64,000 nt of DNA from an uncultured Candidatus Saccharimonadales bacterium (GTDB lineage Bacteria > Patescibacteriota > Saccharimonadia > UBA4664): contig CAYXSN010000008.1 of the NCBI GenBank assembly GCA_964467655.1, positions 78 through 64,077 on the forward strand. Reading direction: 5' to 3'. Under the pieces are notes generated by a model. It was not told the origin of the DNA. It saw only the letters and a program-made list of their open reading frames with translations, and ran no database searches. The position numbers and the translations under genes are program-made. Of this stretch, positions 30,234 to 39,459 are shown in pieces (the first letter of the stretch is position 1; every line of letters begins with the position of its first letter).

Positions 30234-31646
30234 ATGCGCCGCCTGTATGTAATTGTCCTGAGCTCGATATTGAGTCTGCCGGTAAACGTCGCCTTTGCCG
30301 CCCCTGCCCATTCAGCTGGCGAGGCCTTGTCGATCACCGAACTTCTGCCTGATCCGGCCAGCCCCCAGACCGATGCCGACAACGAGTTTGTCGAAATCTT
30401 TAACAGCAGTTCCGATGTCATGAGCCTGTCGGGTATGAAACTGCAGGTCAAATCGGCTACCGCTGCCAATCCGACCCTCAAACCGTTGCCAGACGCCGTT
30501 GTCCCGGCCGGTGGGTATCTAGTGGTTACATCAGGCCAAGCCGGTTTTGCGCTGTCAAACAGTGGGGCCACCGTCTCATTACTCGGAACCGATGGCGCGG
30601 TGTCTGGTGCCAGCGTGACATATCCCAAAGCCGTCACTGGGGCTGCCTGGGCGCTCGGGCCGGCCGGCTGGGGCTGGACGGTTGTTACTACCTCTGGCTC
30701 AACCAACACCATCGTGGCGCCCACTCCGGCGCCGGTCAAAACCGTAAGCTCAGGTAGCGCCGCCACTACCACATCTACACACCAAATCGCCAGTTCGGAA
30801 CAAGCCACGGCCGGCCCAACTGGACCACAAAACTACGGTGCCTTGATGCTCACCGAGCTACTGCCCGATCCGGCCAGCCCCCAGACCGACGCCGCCGACG
30901 AATACATTGAATTTTATAATGCCGGATCGGCGCCAATTGATCTCACTGGCGTAATAGTTAAAACCGGCTCAGCCCTCGGAACCAAACATACTCTCAAGGG
31001 TGGCACTGTCGAACCGGGAGCATATCTGGCCCTCAAAATCACCGACACCAAAGTCTCGTTATCAAACAGCGGTTCCTCAATTGCTCTTTTTACCCCTGAA
31101 GGCGAGCCTATTGGCAGCACCGTCACCTACGGTAAGGCGGTGGCCGGCTCAGCCTGGGCCCGCGACAGTGAAGCCTGGAGCTGGACGACCACTCCCACTC
31201 CTGGTGCGGCCAACCACCTCACAGTCAAGGGCGGTGCGGCGGGCTCAACTACGGGCGGGACCACCTCGAGCAAGTCGTTTGCCGATTCCACAGGTCTGGC
31301 TCCAGCTGCCAGTAAAGCCGCCGCATTAGCGAAATCCGCCGGGGAGGCTGCCAAGTCGCCGGGCGGGGGCTGGTTGATATTTACGCTGCTCGGGCTTACA
31401 CTAATCTACTGTATCTATGAGTTCCGCTATGACGTACAACGTTTCTACCACCGGCTCCGTGGCCACTCAGGAGCTGGCAGCCAGCCTGGCGCCGTTCCTA
31501 CGGGGCGGTCAGGTCTTGGAATTGGTCAGCGATTTGGGCGGTGGCAAAACCACCTTCGTGCAAGGCTTGGCCAAAGGCTGGGGTTTTGGCGGCGACGTCG
31601 GCAGTCCGACCTTCACGATCAACCGGGTTTACCATTTGAAGCCTGA
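30234..31646 (+). CDS. lamin-tail-domain (LTD) surface protein with two LTD repeats and C-terminal TM anchor
   Basis: signal peptide MRRLYVIVLSSILSLPVNVAFA; two LTELLPDPASPQTDA...EF(V/I)E(I/F)(F/Y)N repeats; RBS GGAGA before 30234; ORF runs about 220 nt into tsaE. Confidence 0.6.
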   Translation: MRRLYVIVLSSILSLPVNVAFAAPAHSAGEALSITELLPDPASPQTDADNEFVEIFNSSSDVMSLSGMKLQVKSATAANPTLKPLPDAVVPAGGYLVVTSGQAGFALSNSGATVSLLGTDGAVSGASVTYPKAVTGAAWALGPAGWGWTVVTTSGSTNTIVAPTPAPVKTVSSGSAATTTSTHQIASSEQATAGPTGPQNYGALMLTELLPDPASPQTDAADEYIEFYNAGSAPIDLTGVIVKTGSALGTKHTLKGGTVEPGAYLALKITDTKVSLSNSGSSIALFTPEGEPIGSTVTYGKAVAGSAWARDSEAWSWTTTPTPGAANHLTVKGGAAGSTTGGTTSSKSFADSTGLAPAASKAAALAKSAGEAAKSPGGGWLIFTLLGLTLIYCIYEFRYDVQRFYHRLRGHSGAGSQPGAVPTGRSGLGIGQRFGRWQNHLRARLGQRLGFWRRRRQSDLHDQPGLPFEA

Positions 31647-31917
31647 GCTCGAAGTCCACCACTACGACCTCTATCGCCTCGGCGACACAGGAGTGGTAGG
31701 CGACGAACTCGCTGAAGATCTCAACGACCCTCAAGTGATCACAGTGATCGAGTGGGCCGACATTGCTCGCAGCCAACTACCGGCCGACAGGCTGACCATT
31801 ACGTTTGCAGTGACAGCCGAAGACAGTCGGGAGCTGTCATTGGTAGCTGGCGGTCCAATCTCAGGCCAAATTCTTTCCCAGTGGCAGACATCACGCGAAT
31901 CGGAGGCCACCTCATGA
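31429..31917 (+). CDS. tsaE: tRNA threonylcarbamoyladenosine biosynthesis ATPase TsaE
   Basis: Walker A DLGGGKTTF and SPTFTI motifs. Confidence 0.8.
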   Translation: MTYNVSTTGSVATQELAASLAPFLRGGQVLELVSDLGGGKTTFVQGLAKGWGFGGDVGSPTFTINRVYHLKPELEVHHYDLYRLGDTGVVGDELAEDLNDPQVITVIEWADIARSQLPADRLTITFAVTAEDSRELSLVAGGPISGQILSQWQTSRESEATS

Positions 31918-32333
31918 TTCTGGCTCTCAAAGCTGCCGGCCCTACCACTCAAGTGTGGCTAGTTGAAGACGCCCCGACATCCATCGCAGGCCAATTACCG
32001 CCAACCCTGGACTGGCAATCGGGCCGCAATCTGTCCACCGAATTACTTGGCCGGCTCCAAGAGCTTTTAGCTCAGCGCCAATTCACGTTCAAAGACCTCA
32101 CGGGGTTCATTGTCTTTAGTGGCCCCGGTTCGTTTACATCACTACGCATTGGCCACACGGTCGCCAACGCCTTGGCTGACAGCCTCAACCTACCCATCGT
32201 GGGCACCCAGGGGGAGCATTGGCTCGCCCAGGGCTTACAGGTATTACCACAAACTGCTCCTGCCATACCGGCGATCCCTCAGTACGGCGGCCCGGCCCAC
32301 ATTACAACGCCTCGAACCTTGCCCAAATCTTGA
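31914..32333 (+). CDS. tsaB: tRNA threonylcarbamoyladenosine biosynthesis protein TsaB (short form)
   Basis: MILALKAAG...FIVFSGPGSFTSLRIG motif; ATGA overlap with tsaE stop. Confidence 0.7.
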   Translation: MILALKAAGPTTQVWLVEDAPTSIAGQLPPTLDWQSGRNLSTELLGRLQELLAQRQFTFKDLTGFIVFSGPGSFTSLRIGHTVANALADSLNLPIVGTQGEHWLAQGLQVLPQTAPAIPAIPQYGGPAHITTPRTLPKS

Positions 32334-32532
32334 CCCAACTGCCCATCAGGTAGTTTAATGAGATTGTTCGCTTATGACTTGCTGACCTAACACTATCCAA
32401 ATTTACTTTAAGACTATGCTCATGATCTCAACTTCTACCTCCCGCGCCGCCCAAGTCTAGAGCGGCTGTTTGTATATTGTTCACTTTCGGGCGCGGCCAG
32501 GCATTGACACATGAGTACGAGGCACCCATACC

Positions 32533-34047
32533 ATGATCCTTTACGTTATTGTGGCGTTTTTACTGGGTGGTGGCGCCACATTTGCTTACGATAAGTACAG
32601 CAAGGCCCGCCGCTCCCAAGCCGCTACCGAGCAGGCCGACAAAATTATTAAACAGGCCCAAAGCCAAGCCAAAGAATTGGTCAGCGATGCTAAATCAGAA
32701 GCGGCCAAGCTGGCCGACACTGCCCGACAGGAAGAAAAAGAGCGTCGCAGCGAGCTTGCTAAAACTGAACAACAACTGTTAGCCCGCCAAGCCTCCCTCG
32801 ATGCCAAACTCGAAGAGCTCGACAAACGCTCAGAGAAACTGCGCAAGCACGAAGCTGACCTCGACGTCCTCAAGGACGATTTGCGTTCCATTAGATCCAA
32901 ACAACAAGAAAACCTCGAGAAAATTGCTGCTCTCACCAAGGACGAAGCCAAACAAAAGCTGCTCAAAATGACCGAGCGTGATATCAAGCAAGATCTCGTT
33001 AAACTGGTTTCCAAGATGCAAATTGATGCCCAGGAAGAAGCCGACGACAGGGCCCGCATGATTATCGTGTCGGCCATGGAGCGCATGGCATCAGACCAAA
33101 CCGCCGAGCGCACTATCACCACGGTGCCGCTGCCGAGCGAGGAACTCAAGGGTCGCGTCATCGGCAAAGAAGGCCGCAACATCCAGGCGCTCGAGCGGGC
33201 GACAGGTGTTGATGTGATTATCGATGAAACACCCGGCGCCATCGTCTTGTCCAGCTTTGACCCCATGCGTCGCCAAGTTGCTCGTGTTGCCCTCGAAAAA
33301 CTACTCTCAGACGGCCGGATCCACCCTGGCCGTATCGAGGAAGTAGTCGCCAAGGCCAAGGCCGAAGTCGACAAAATGGTCAAAGAAGCCGGCGAGAAGG
33401 CTCTCAAGGAAACCGGTGTGGTCGGTCTGCCGCCGGAGCTTATCAGGTTACTGGGTCAGCTGAAATTTCGCACCAGCTACTCCCAGAACGTGCTCAAACA
33501 CTCAGTCGAAATGGCCAATCTGGCCGGGATGATCGCCACCGAACTAGGCGCCGACGTCCGCATCGCCAAAACCGCCACTTTGTTGCACGACATGGGCAAG
33601 GCAGTCACTCACGAGATTGAAGGCGGCCACCACCACATTGGCGCCGAGCTTGCCCAAAAATACGGTCTCGAAGAAGCTATTGTGCATGCCATCGATGCTC
33701 ATCATGACGACACCGAGGCTACTACCGTGGAAGCCCTCATCGTGAGGGTGTGCGACGCCCTATCGGCCGGTCGCCCGGGTGCTCGCGGTGATACTCTCGA
33801 AAACTACGCCAAGCGTATGACCGAATTGGAGAATCTGGCGAATGCCTTCCCGGGTGTCGACAAATGTTACGCCATCTCGGCCGGTCGTGAAATCAGAGTG
33901 ATTGTCACTCCTGAGCGCATTGACGACCTCCAGGCCATCCAAATGGCCCGTGACATCGCCACCAAGGTTGAGGCCACGCTCAAGTATCCAGGCGTCATCA
34001 AGGTGAACGTCATTCGCGAAACCCGCGCCATCGAGTTCGCCAAATAG
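32533..34047 (+). CDS. rny: ribonuclease Y
   Basis: N-terminal TM, coiled coil, KH domain GKEGRNIQALERATGV, HD domain LLHDMGK...HH. Confidence 0.92.
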   Translation: MILYVIVAFLLGGGATFAYDKYSKARRSQAATEQADKIIKQAQSQAKELVSDAKSEAAKLADTARQEEKERRSELAKTEQQLLARQASLDAKLEELDKRSEKLRKHEADLDVLKDDLRSIRSKQQENLEKIAALTKDEAKQKLLKMTERDIKQDLVKLVSKMQIDAQEEADDRARMIIVSAMERMASDQTAERTITTVPLPSEELKGRVIGKEGRNIQALERATGVDVIIDETPGAIVLSSFDPMRRQVARVALEKLLSDGRIHPGRIEEVVAKAKAEVDKMVKEAGEKALKETGVVGLPPELIRLLGQLKFRTSYSQNVLKHSVEMANLAGMIATELGADVRIAKTATLLHDMGKAVTHEIEGGHHHIGAELAQKYGLEEAIVHAIDAHHDDTEATTVEALIVRVCDALSAGRPGARGDTLENYAKRMTELENLANAFPGVDKCYAISAGREIRVIVTPERIDDLQAIQMARDIATKVEATLKYPGVIKVNVIRETRAIEFAK

Positions 34048-34111
34048 CTGACAATATGGTATAACAAATTATCGGAAATATTCCGTGCAAAGTTCAAAAA
34101 AATGAGAGAAG

Positions 34112-34921
34112 GTGGTAATTGTGGCCAGCAGCAAACAACTGCATTTCGCTGTTGCACCAGTATCGGGTCGGCCAGGTTACTATCTACTGACCTGTCTGAA
34201 TGGTACAAATCCCCGGGCGGGCGCCAAGTTGGTCCTACCCGACCACATCGCCCAGCTGCCATCCGGACTTGCCGAGGCGCTGCGGCAATTTCTCAAGCCT
34301 AGTGAAGCGGTTCAGCATAGCTACCGGATCCATCTTGACCAGACCCGGTCGAAGCAACTGCAAACCCAATTGCAGATCGTGACAGGTCTCGTCAATGAAG
34401 CCGGTTACCAGGCCGTCATGTGGCTTGCCAAGCTCGAGGGTAAGCAGCTGACATTGCGCCGCCGCTACAATGTGGTGTGCACTGATGTAGGCCTGTTACT
34501 GAGCCTGTCGCCCGCTTACGATACAGCTCACCTGGAAACGTCCCAGATCAAAGACTATCGTTATCCCGTCGGAATCGTGTTCGTCAAACCCAGGTTTGGT
34601 GTAAGGCGAAACAAGGTGGTATTCAGTGTATCGGGCTGCCTCGGAGAAAAACCCAACATGCTGCTCGCCATGAGCGGCTTAGTTCGGCCGTTCCGAGACT
34701 TGCGAGCTGTCGAGCGGGCCTTGGGTTTGGTCGAAGGCGATATCGCCTGGGTGGAAGACACGTTCATCAGGGTTAAGCTACCCCAGGGCTTAAGTCGGCA
34801 GCAGCTCATGAAGGTCTTAGAGCGTTACTGCCTTCAGGCCGGCCACGAGGTTTCGTTTTGGCATTACTGGCGCTTGCCGTTCACTGGCATATACATCTGG
34901 CGCCGGCCAGTTTCCATCTAG
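34112..34921 (+). CDS. hypothetical protein
   Basis: 269-aa ORF, no recognised motif. Confidence 0.4.
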   Translation: MVIVASSKQLHFAVAPVSGRPGYYLLTCLNGTNPRAGAKLVLPDHIAQLPSGLAEALRQFLKPSEAVQHSYRIHLDQTRSKQLQTQLQIVTGLVNEAGYQAVMWLAKLEGKQLTLRRRYNVVCTDVGLLLSLSPAYDTAHLETSQIKDYRYPVGIVFVKPRFGVRRNKVVFSVSGCLGEKPNMLLAMSGLVRPFRDLRAVERALGLVEGDIAWVEDTFIRVKLPQGLSRQQLMKVLERYCLQAGHEVSFWHYWRLPFTGIYIWRRPVSI

Positions 34922-35005
34922 GGATTCCCGCAGAAAGGAGCCAAGAACATGATGGTCTACGTTCCTCCCCATTAAGGTGCCAAGGTGGCACACGAAAGGG
35001 GAGAC

Positions 35006-35179
35006 ATGTCTCGCTCCGGAAAATCCAAGGCCAACGACTACGAGACCCAGCGCCTCAACCGCCAGAACCGCCGCAGCGCCAAGGCAGCCATCAGGAGGCT
35101 CGACCGGGTCGACGCCGAAGTCTTCGACATCAAGCCCGGCCGCTGGAGCCGCCGCACTGTCCGCTGGAACCTCAGCTGA
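35006..35179 (+). CDS. small basic protein (57 aa), high-GC3 codon usage
   Basis: RBS AAAGGGGAG before ATG at 35006; GC3 very high; followed by a strong hairpin terminator. Confidence 0.4.
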   Translation: MSRSGKSKANDYETQRLNRQNRRSAKAAIRRLDRVDAEVFDIKPGRWSRRTVRWNLS

Positions 35180-35186
35180 CACCATG

Positions 35187-35212
35187 CCCCGGACAACTCA
35201 TGTTGTCCGGGG
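35187..35212 (+). terminator. hairpin CCCCGGACAAC-tcat-GTTGTCCGGGG
   Basis: perfect 11-bp stem directly after the small gene; moderate T content after it. Confidence 0.5.
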
Positions 35213-35242
35213 CGCGCTATTTATGGTATAACTACATTTATT

Positions 35243-36046
35243 ATGAAATTACTCTATTTGGGCGACATCATGGGCCGGCCTGGCCGCGAAACGGTCCAAA
35301 AGCTCCTGCCCAGTCTGGTGGCCGAGCGGCAGATTGACGTTGTGGTTGCTCAGGGTGAAAACCTGTCGCACGGTAAAGGCCTGTTGCCGCATCACGCCCA
35401 AGCCATGCTCGATACCGGAATCACGGCTCTCACCGGCGGCGATTGGACACTGCACCGGCCCGAAATCCATCAGTGGTTGGAAGACCCTGCCAAGCCCCTC
35501 GTGCGCCCAGCCAATTACCCGGCCGGCACACCGGGCCGTGGCTACAAATTTGTGGACACACCTTTCGGCAAAGTACTTATCATCAGTCTGCTCGGTCAAA
35601 CTGTTGGGTACCGCCAGCCGGAAAACCTCGATAATCCGCTGACGACAGTCGATACAATCCTGGAAGACACCAAGCACCAAACCCGGGTGGCTACCATCGT
35701 GAATTTGCACGGCGACTATTCATCAGAAAAGTACGTTATCGGACAATACCTGGACGGCCGCGTCACAGCCGTAGTGGGCGACCACTGGCACATCCCGACG
35801 GCTGACGCCCGCGTCTTGCCCGGCGGCACTGCCCATATTACTGACGTCGGTATGGTGGGTTCGCGCGACTCCTGCCTGGGCATTCAGACTGACATTATCA
35901 CTCGCCGCTGGCTCACCGGCGACCGCAGTCGCAACGAGCTCGAAACCGCAGGCACCCGCCAGTTATGCGGCGTCATTATCACGGTTGACACTCAGACTAG
36001 CCTTGCCACAGCCATTGAGCAGGTCATACAATTAGTCTCACCATGA
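35243..36046 (+). CDS. ymdB: YmdB-family metallophosphoesterase (2',3'-cyclic-nucleotide phosphodiesterase-like)
   Basis: MKLLYLGDIMGRPGRE N-terminus and GDHWH motif; conserved rny-ymdB linkage. Confidence 0.8.
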   Translation: MKLLYLGDIMGRPGRETVQKLLPSLVAERQIDVVVAQGENLSHGKGLLPHHAQAMLDTGITALTGGDWTLHRPEIHQWLEDPAKPLVRPANYPAGTPGRGYKFVDTPFGKVLIISLLGQTVGYRQPENLDNPLTTVDTILEDTKHQTRVATIVNLHGDYSSEKYVIGQYLDGRVTAVVGDHWHIPTADARVLPGGTAHITDVGMVGSRDSCLGIQTDIITRRWLTGDRSRNELETAGTRQLCGVIITVDTQTSLATAIEQVIQLVSP

Positions 36047-36315
36047 CGAAACAGCAACTTATCGAACTCCTCGCGACCGAATCAAACTTAACCAAGCGCC
36101 AATCAGAGCGCACGCTTAATACGCTCTTGGACATTATCGAACGCACCCTAGCCGCAGGCGAGCGTGTGAGCATCTCTGGCTTTGGTACCTTTGACACCAC
36201 CAATCGCAACGCCCGCCGCGGTGTCGACCCCCGCACCGGCGCCCCTATCGAGATTCCGGCCATGACCCTGGCCCAGTTCCGGCCTGGCCACCAACTCAAA
36301 ACCACAGTCAAATAA
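36043..36315 (+). CDS. hup: HU-family DNA-binding protein
   Basis: ...GFGTFDTTNRNARRGVDPRTGAPIEIPAMTLAQFRPGHQLK beta-arm signature. Confidence 0.9.
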   Translation: MTKQQLIELLATESNLTKRQSERTLNTLLDIIERTLAAGERVSISGFGTFDTTNRNARRGVDPRTGAPIEIPAMTLAQFRPGHQLKTTVK

Positions 36316-36325
36316 ATATAATTCC

Positions 36326-36402
36326 TGGTGCCCCCGGCAGGATTCGAACCTGCGACCATTGGCTTAGAAGTCCACTGCTCTATCCAGCTGAGCTACAGGG
36401 GC
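36326..36402 (-). tRNA. tRNA-Arg (anticodon TCT inferred from loop CTTCTAA); anticodon stem has two mismatches
   Basis: minus-strand GCCCCTGTAGCTCAGCTGGATAGAGCAGTGGACTTCTAAGCCAATGGTCGCAGGTTCGAATCCTGCCGGGGGCACCA with encoded CCA; the weak anticodon stem keeps the identity tentative. Confidence 0.65.
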
Positions 36403-36417
36403 GGGCAAATGATACCT

Positions 36418-36492
36418 TGGTGCGGGTAGCGGGAATCGAACCCACATCCTCTGCTTGGAAGGCAGATACACTAGCCGTTGTGCGATACCCGC
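36418..36492 (-). tRNA. tRNA-Gly (TCC)
   Basis: GCGGGTATCGCACAACGGCTAGTGTATCTGCCTTCCAAGCAGAGGATGTGGGTTCGATTCCCGCTACCCGCACCA; anticodon loop CTTCCAA. Confidence 0.85.
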
Positions 36493-36557
36493 AAGAATCA
36501 ATATTTGCAAACGTTATTATATCAGATGATGGTGCATGTTGCGTATAAATGAGGTGT

Positions 36558-36583
36558 CCCCCGGTGACCGAAGTCACCGGGGG
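36558..36583 (-). terminator. hairpin CCCCCGGTGAC-cgaa-GTCACCGGGGG downstream of the high-GC gene
   Basis: perfect 11-bp GC-rich stem 17 nt after the stop of 36600..36938. Confidence 0.5.
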
Positions 36584-36599
36584 ACGGGGTTGCGAGGGG

Positions 36600-36938
36600 T
36601 CAGGCGTTGGTGGCCGGCCGCCTGCGCCTCTTCGGAGCCAGCTCGGCGAGACGCCGCTCCAGCTCCGCCTTCTCCTCCTTGGTGAGGCGGGCCTTCAGGC
36701 GCGTCCGCTCTCGCGTGGCGCCAAGGCCGAAACCGAGGCGCTCGTCGAGCAGGTCCAGCTGATCGAGGGCCGTGCGCCCGTCGCGCTCCTCCTGCTTCGA
36801 GGCCACCGCCTCGCGGCGGTCCGCCGCCGTGCGGTGGTGGCTGCGGGCGCCCTTGTGGGCGTCGCAGTTGACCGTAAGGCCGCCGTGTCGACGGCAGGTC
36901 TGCGGCGTGCCGGACTCGGTCTGGGGCTTCTTGGCCAT
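36600..36938 (-). CDS. hypothetical 112-aa protein with extreme GC3 (about 95%) codon usage typical of Actinobacteria; C-x-x-H ... C-x-x-H motif
   Basis: ATG preceded by GGGAGG RBS; nearly every codon ends in G/C (GCC AAG AAG CCC CAG ACC GAG TCC...); embedded in about 400 bp of 70% GC between the tRNA-Gly gene and the HAD hydrolase gene. Confidence 0.55.
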   Translation of the reverse strand: MAKKPQTESGTPQTCRRHGGLTVNCDAHKGARSHHRTAADRREAVASKQEERDGRTALDQLDLLDERLGFGLGATRERTRLKARLTKEEKAELERRLAELAPKRRRRPATNA

Positions 36939-37024
36939 TGCTGGCCTCCCTTCACGTGCCCTGATTAGGGCATCTGGGTTTGGACAGGATCGTCAGGCCG
37001 TTGTGCGCCTGAACGCAGTAAATA

Positions 37025-37675
37025 CTAACACAATTTCTTAATTTTGTCAATATTATCAGCTATCTCATCCGCCACAGCCCGCACCGCCGGCCTGTCGGCA
37101 TGTGCCACGTATGCCACAAAGGTATCGGCTAGACCCGCCCGCCGTACCTCATAATCAGTCATGCCATCGCCCACCATCACCACGCCGCCATCCAGGCTCA
37201 GTGACCGCACCGCCAGCACTTTGCCGTCATCCTGCGCCAACGGCCGTCCCGTCTCATAACCTCGGGCTACACCGTCGGTATCCCATATCAATCTGTTAGC
37301 CAGCACATGATCAGCGCGCAAACCGAGCCGCTCTACCACCGGCACGATCCAATCATCGAAACCGCCGCTCACCACCCACACGGCATTAGATCGCTTGGCC
37401 AGCCAGTCTGCCTCGCGCACAAACGAATTATCTACCGCCTCGTGCAGCGAATCTATCAACGCCTCCACCTGATTTCGTCGCGGCGACACCAAGGCCATGC
37501 GTTGTCGTAAACTATCAGCAAAACCAATCCTGCCCTCCATGCCGGCTGCAGTAATGTTGGCAATCTGAGCCGCTTTGGCCTCTCCATCAGGGTCTCCGGC
37601 CAGTACCATTCGTGCCAGTTCGTCAAGGCTCTCCACCCGCACAATTGTACTGTCGAAATCGAGTATAAAATTCAT
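37025..37675 (-). CDS. HAD-IB family hydrolase (phosphoserine phosphatase SerB-like)
   Basis: motif I FILDFDSTI, VVSGG, motif III MVGDGMTD; start moved to MNFILDFD because the longer ORF N-terminus is just the tRNA-Pro gene read in frame. Confidence 0.7.
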   Translation of the reverse strand: MNFILDFDSTIVRVESLDELARMVLAGDPDGEAKAAQIANITAAGMEGRIGFADSLRQRMALVSPRRNQVEALIDSLHEAVDNSFVREADWLAKRSNAVWVVSGGFDDWIVPVVERLGLRADHVLANRLIWDTDGVARGYETGRPLAQDDGKVLAVRSLSLDGGVVMVGDGMTDYEVRRAGLADTFVAYVAHADRPAVRAVADEIADNIDKIKKLC

Positions 37676-37685
37676 AAATAATGAC

Positions 37686-37762
37686 TGGTCGGGGTGAAAG
37701 GACTCGAACCTTCGACCTCCTGCTCCCAAAGCAGGCGCGCTAGCCAACTGCGCCACACCCCG
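37686..37762 (-). tRNA. tRNA-Pro (TGG)
   Basis: CGGGGTGTGGCGCAGTTGGCTAGCGCGCCTGCTTTGGGAGCAGGAGGTCGAAGGTTCGAGTCCTTTCACCCCGACCA. Confidence 0.85.
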
Positions 37763-37860
37763 ATGTACGATCCGTATCATTATACGGCCATACTCCGATA
37801 AGGTCTAGATTTATGAACCAAAATAGGGTAGAGTACGATAGTATTTTTTCATACCCATGT

Positions 37861-37938
<78 letters not shown>

Positions 37939-37945
37939 GGAATTA

Positions 37946-37972
37946 TAAACAGCGGCAAATGCCGCTGTTTTT
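37946..37972 (+). terminator. hairpin AAACAGCGGC-aaat-GCCGCTGTTT plus TTG directly after tRNA-His
   Basis: perfect 10-bp stem followed by T-rich run. Confidence 0.55.
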
Positions 37973-37992
37973 GTGTCCACATCGGGATAATC

Positions 37993-38026
37993 GGCGGTTC
38001 TAACCCTTTCGTATTCGGCGGCCAGG
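37993..38026 (+). repeat. R0: copy of the conserved GGCGGTTCTAA...CGGC(G/C)(G/C)CCAGG motif (family of five)
   Basis: GGCGGTTCTAACCCTTTCGTATTCGGCGGCCAGG; compare R1-R4 and the tRNA-His 3' end. Confidence 0.5.
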
Positions 38027-38308
38027 GCGGGATAGCGTTCTGCGATCGGAATGAGCCATTTATTGGGTTCAATACGCAGCTTTCCGTCTAAAAGCGTGGG
38101 GTTCGAACCTAATGCGCTCAATATGCTCCGCTTTGTCTCATAGCTGCCGCTGGCAAAGGCCTCGCGGGCGCCGCACGCAAACTTGAACGTCTGCTCCGTA
38201 AGCTCAAACCACTTTTCGGCGCGGCCGGCCGTTTCGCGCTGCTCTTTTTCCAGCCGAGCGATTTGTGCCTTAAGCGTCTCGCGCTCTTTCGTGAATTCCT
38301 CATCCTTG

Positions 38309-39109
38309 TCAACCTCTACTTTTTCCGGACACCAATTCTCTTTCATCTAAGCTAGATCTGAGCTTTGCAGCATAAGCTGCTGGCGGCATTTTCAACGCGG
38401 TGTGAATGCGCTGGTGGTTGTAATAATAAATGGCTCGGGCAATGGCTTCGTGGAAATGCGGCAGGTCTTGGTATTGGTTGAGTGGGCCAAGTTCAAGCTG
38501 AATTGTCCACATGAATCGTTCCATGAACCCATTTTGCCAAGGGCTGGCTTTGTCGGAGCAGGATAGCGTAATTTCGAGTCGGTCGCACAATTCCTGGTGC
38601 TTGTAGCTGAGGTATTCGGTGCCTTGGTCGGAATGCAGGATGTCCGGTGTTGGGTGTTTACTCAGCGCGTCTACGACGGCCGCATACGTCAGTTCACTGG
38701 AATGGCTCAGTCCCAACTGCCAGCCCAATATCTGCCGGGTTGCCAGGTCAAGAACCACGGCCAAGTACCAGTAATACCGGCCAAGCCACAAGTAGGTGAA
38801 GTCTTGCACCCAAGCCCCGGAACGCACCATACCGGCGTAGCTTTGGCCATCCTGAGGCCGGTTAGGGTCGCGAAAGGTAGCGTAGGACTTGAGGGCATTG
38901 CCGGGTGCCGTAATCTCGGCCGGTACCGTCCGAGTGGTTTTGCGCTTCTTACTCGGTCGGGGAATAACCAGACCTGCCAGGTTGCGGATGCGCCGGGTTT
39001 TCTTCTCACTCCAACGCAGGTGGAGTGCCAGCCGCTCGACGCCGTATAACGGGTGTTGGGCATGGGCCGCCAGGAGCTCTTGGATTGCGAGCTCGTCCCG
39101 ACTCCGCAA
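38309..39109 (-). CDS. IS3-family transposase OrfB (integrase core, DDE)
   Basis: HSDQGTEYLSYKHQ and PWQNGFMERFMWT motifs; reading frame stays open upstream to 39211 in the -1 frame relative to orfA, across slippery run CCCAAAAAG. Confidence 0.9.
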   Translation of the reverse strand: MRSRDELAIQELLAAHAQHPLYGVERLALHLRWSEKKTRRIRNLAGLVIPRPSKKRKTTRTVPAEITAPGNALKSYATFRDPNRPQDGQSYAGMVRSGAWVQDFTYLWLGRYYWYLAVVLDLATRQILGWQLGLSHSSELTYAAVVDALSKHPTPDILHSDQGTEYLSYKHQELCDRLEITLSCSDKASPWQNGFMERFMWTIQLELGPLNQYQDLPHFHEAIARAIYYYNHQRIHTALKMPPAAYAAKLRSSLDERELVSGKSRG

Positions 39110-39201
39110 GGTTACGGGCTGGTCGTAGTAGCTGCTGAGCGATATCCTCAGCCTGGCTACAAAATGCCGGCGCCATCCCGGCTCGACTTCTTCCAGGATG
39201 G

Positions 39202-39459
39202 CTAGCTTTTTGGGCGTTGCATTTCGGCGGTAGCCCGACCGAGTAAACGGTATGCCTGCTCCAGCTCTTTCTTGAGCCGGTTGTTTTCGAGTATAAGGTT
39301 GCGATTGCCGTCTACGACGCCCTCGCGGAGCCAGTTGTAGATGGTTTTACTTGAAATGCCATACGTGTTGCTGACTTCAGTAACACTCACGCCTTCATGG
39401 CGTATTTTGGCAATAATCTCAGTTTTGGTTTGGGGGTCGGTGGTTTTGCCGGTTGGCAT
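39202..39459 (-). CDS. IS3-family transposase OrfA (HTH)
   Basis: HTH ISSKTIYNWL plus leucine zipper LILENNRLKKELEQAYRLL; ends ...CAA CGC CCA AAA AGC TAG where the -1 frame continues into orfB. Confidence 0.85.
   Translation of the reverse strand: MPTGKTTDPQTKTEIIAKIRHEGVSVTEVSNTYGISSKTIYNWLREGVVDGNRNLILENNRLKKELEQAYRLLGRATAEMQRPKS

Noticed and set aside
32586-33407. 273-aa minus-strand Ser-rich ORF
   Set aside because: Antisense to rny (KH and HD domains), with low-complexity composition.
37676-37780. N-terminal extension of ORF 37025..37780 (MIRIVHRGVAQLASAPALGAGGRRFESFHPDQSLF)
   Set aside because: This stretch is the tRNA-Pro gene read in frame. The CDS start was moved to MNFILDFD at 37675.
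38092-38120. GGGGTTCGAACC tRNA T-loop-like motif
   Set aside because: No flanking acceptor or anticodon arms could be built. Probably chance within coding sequence.
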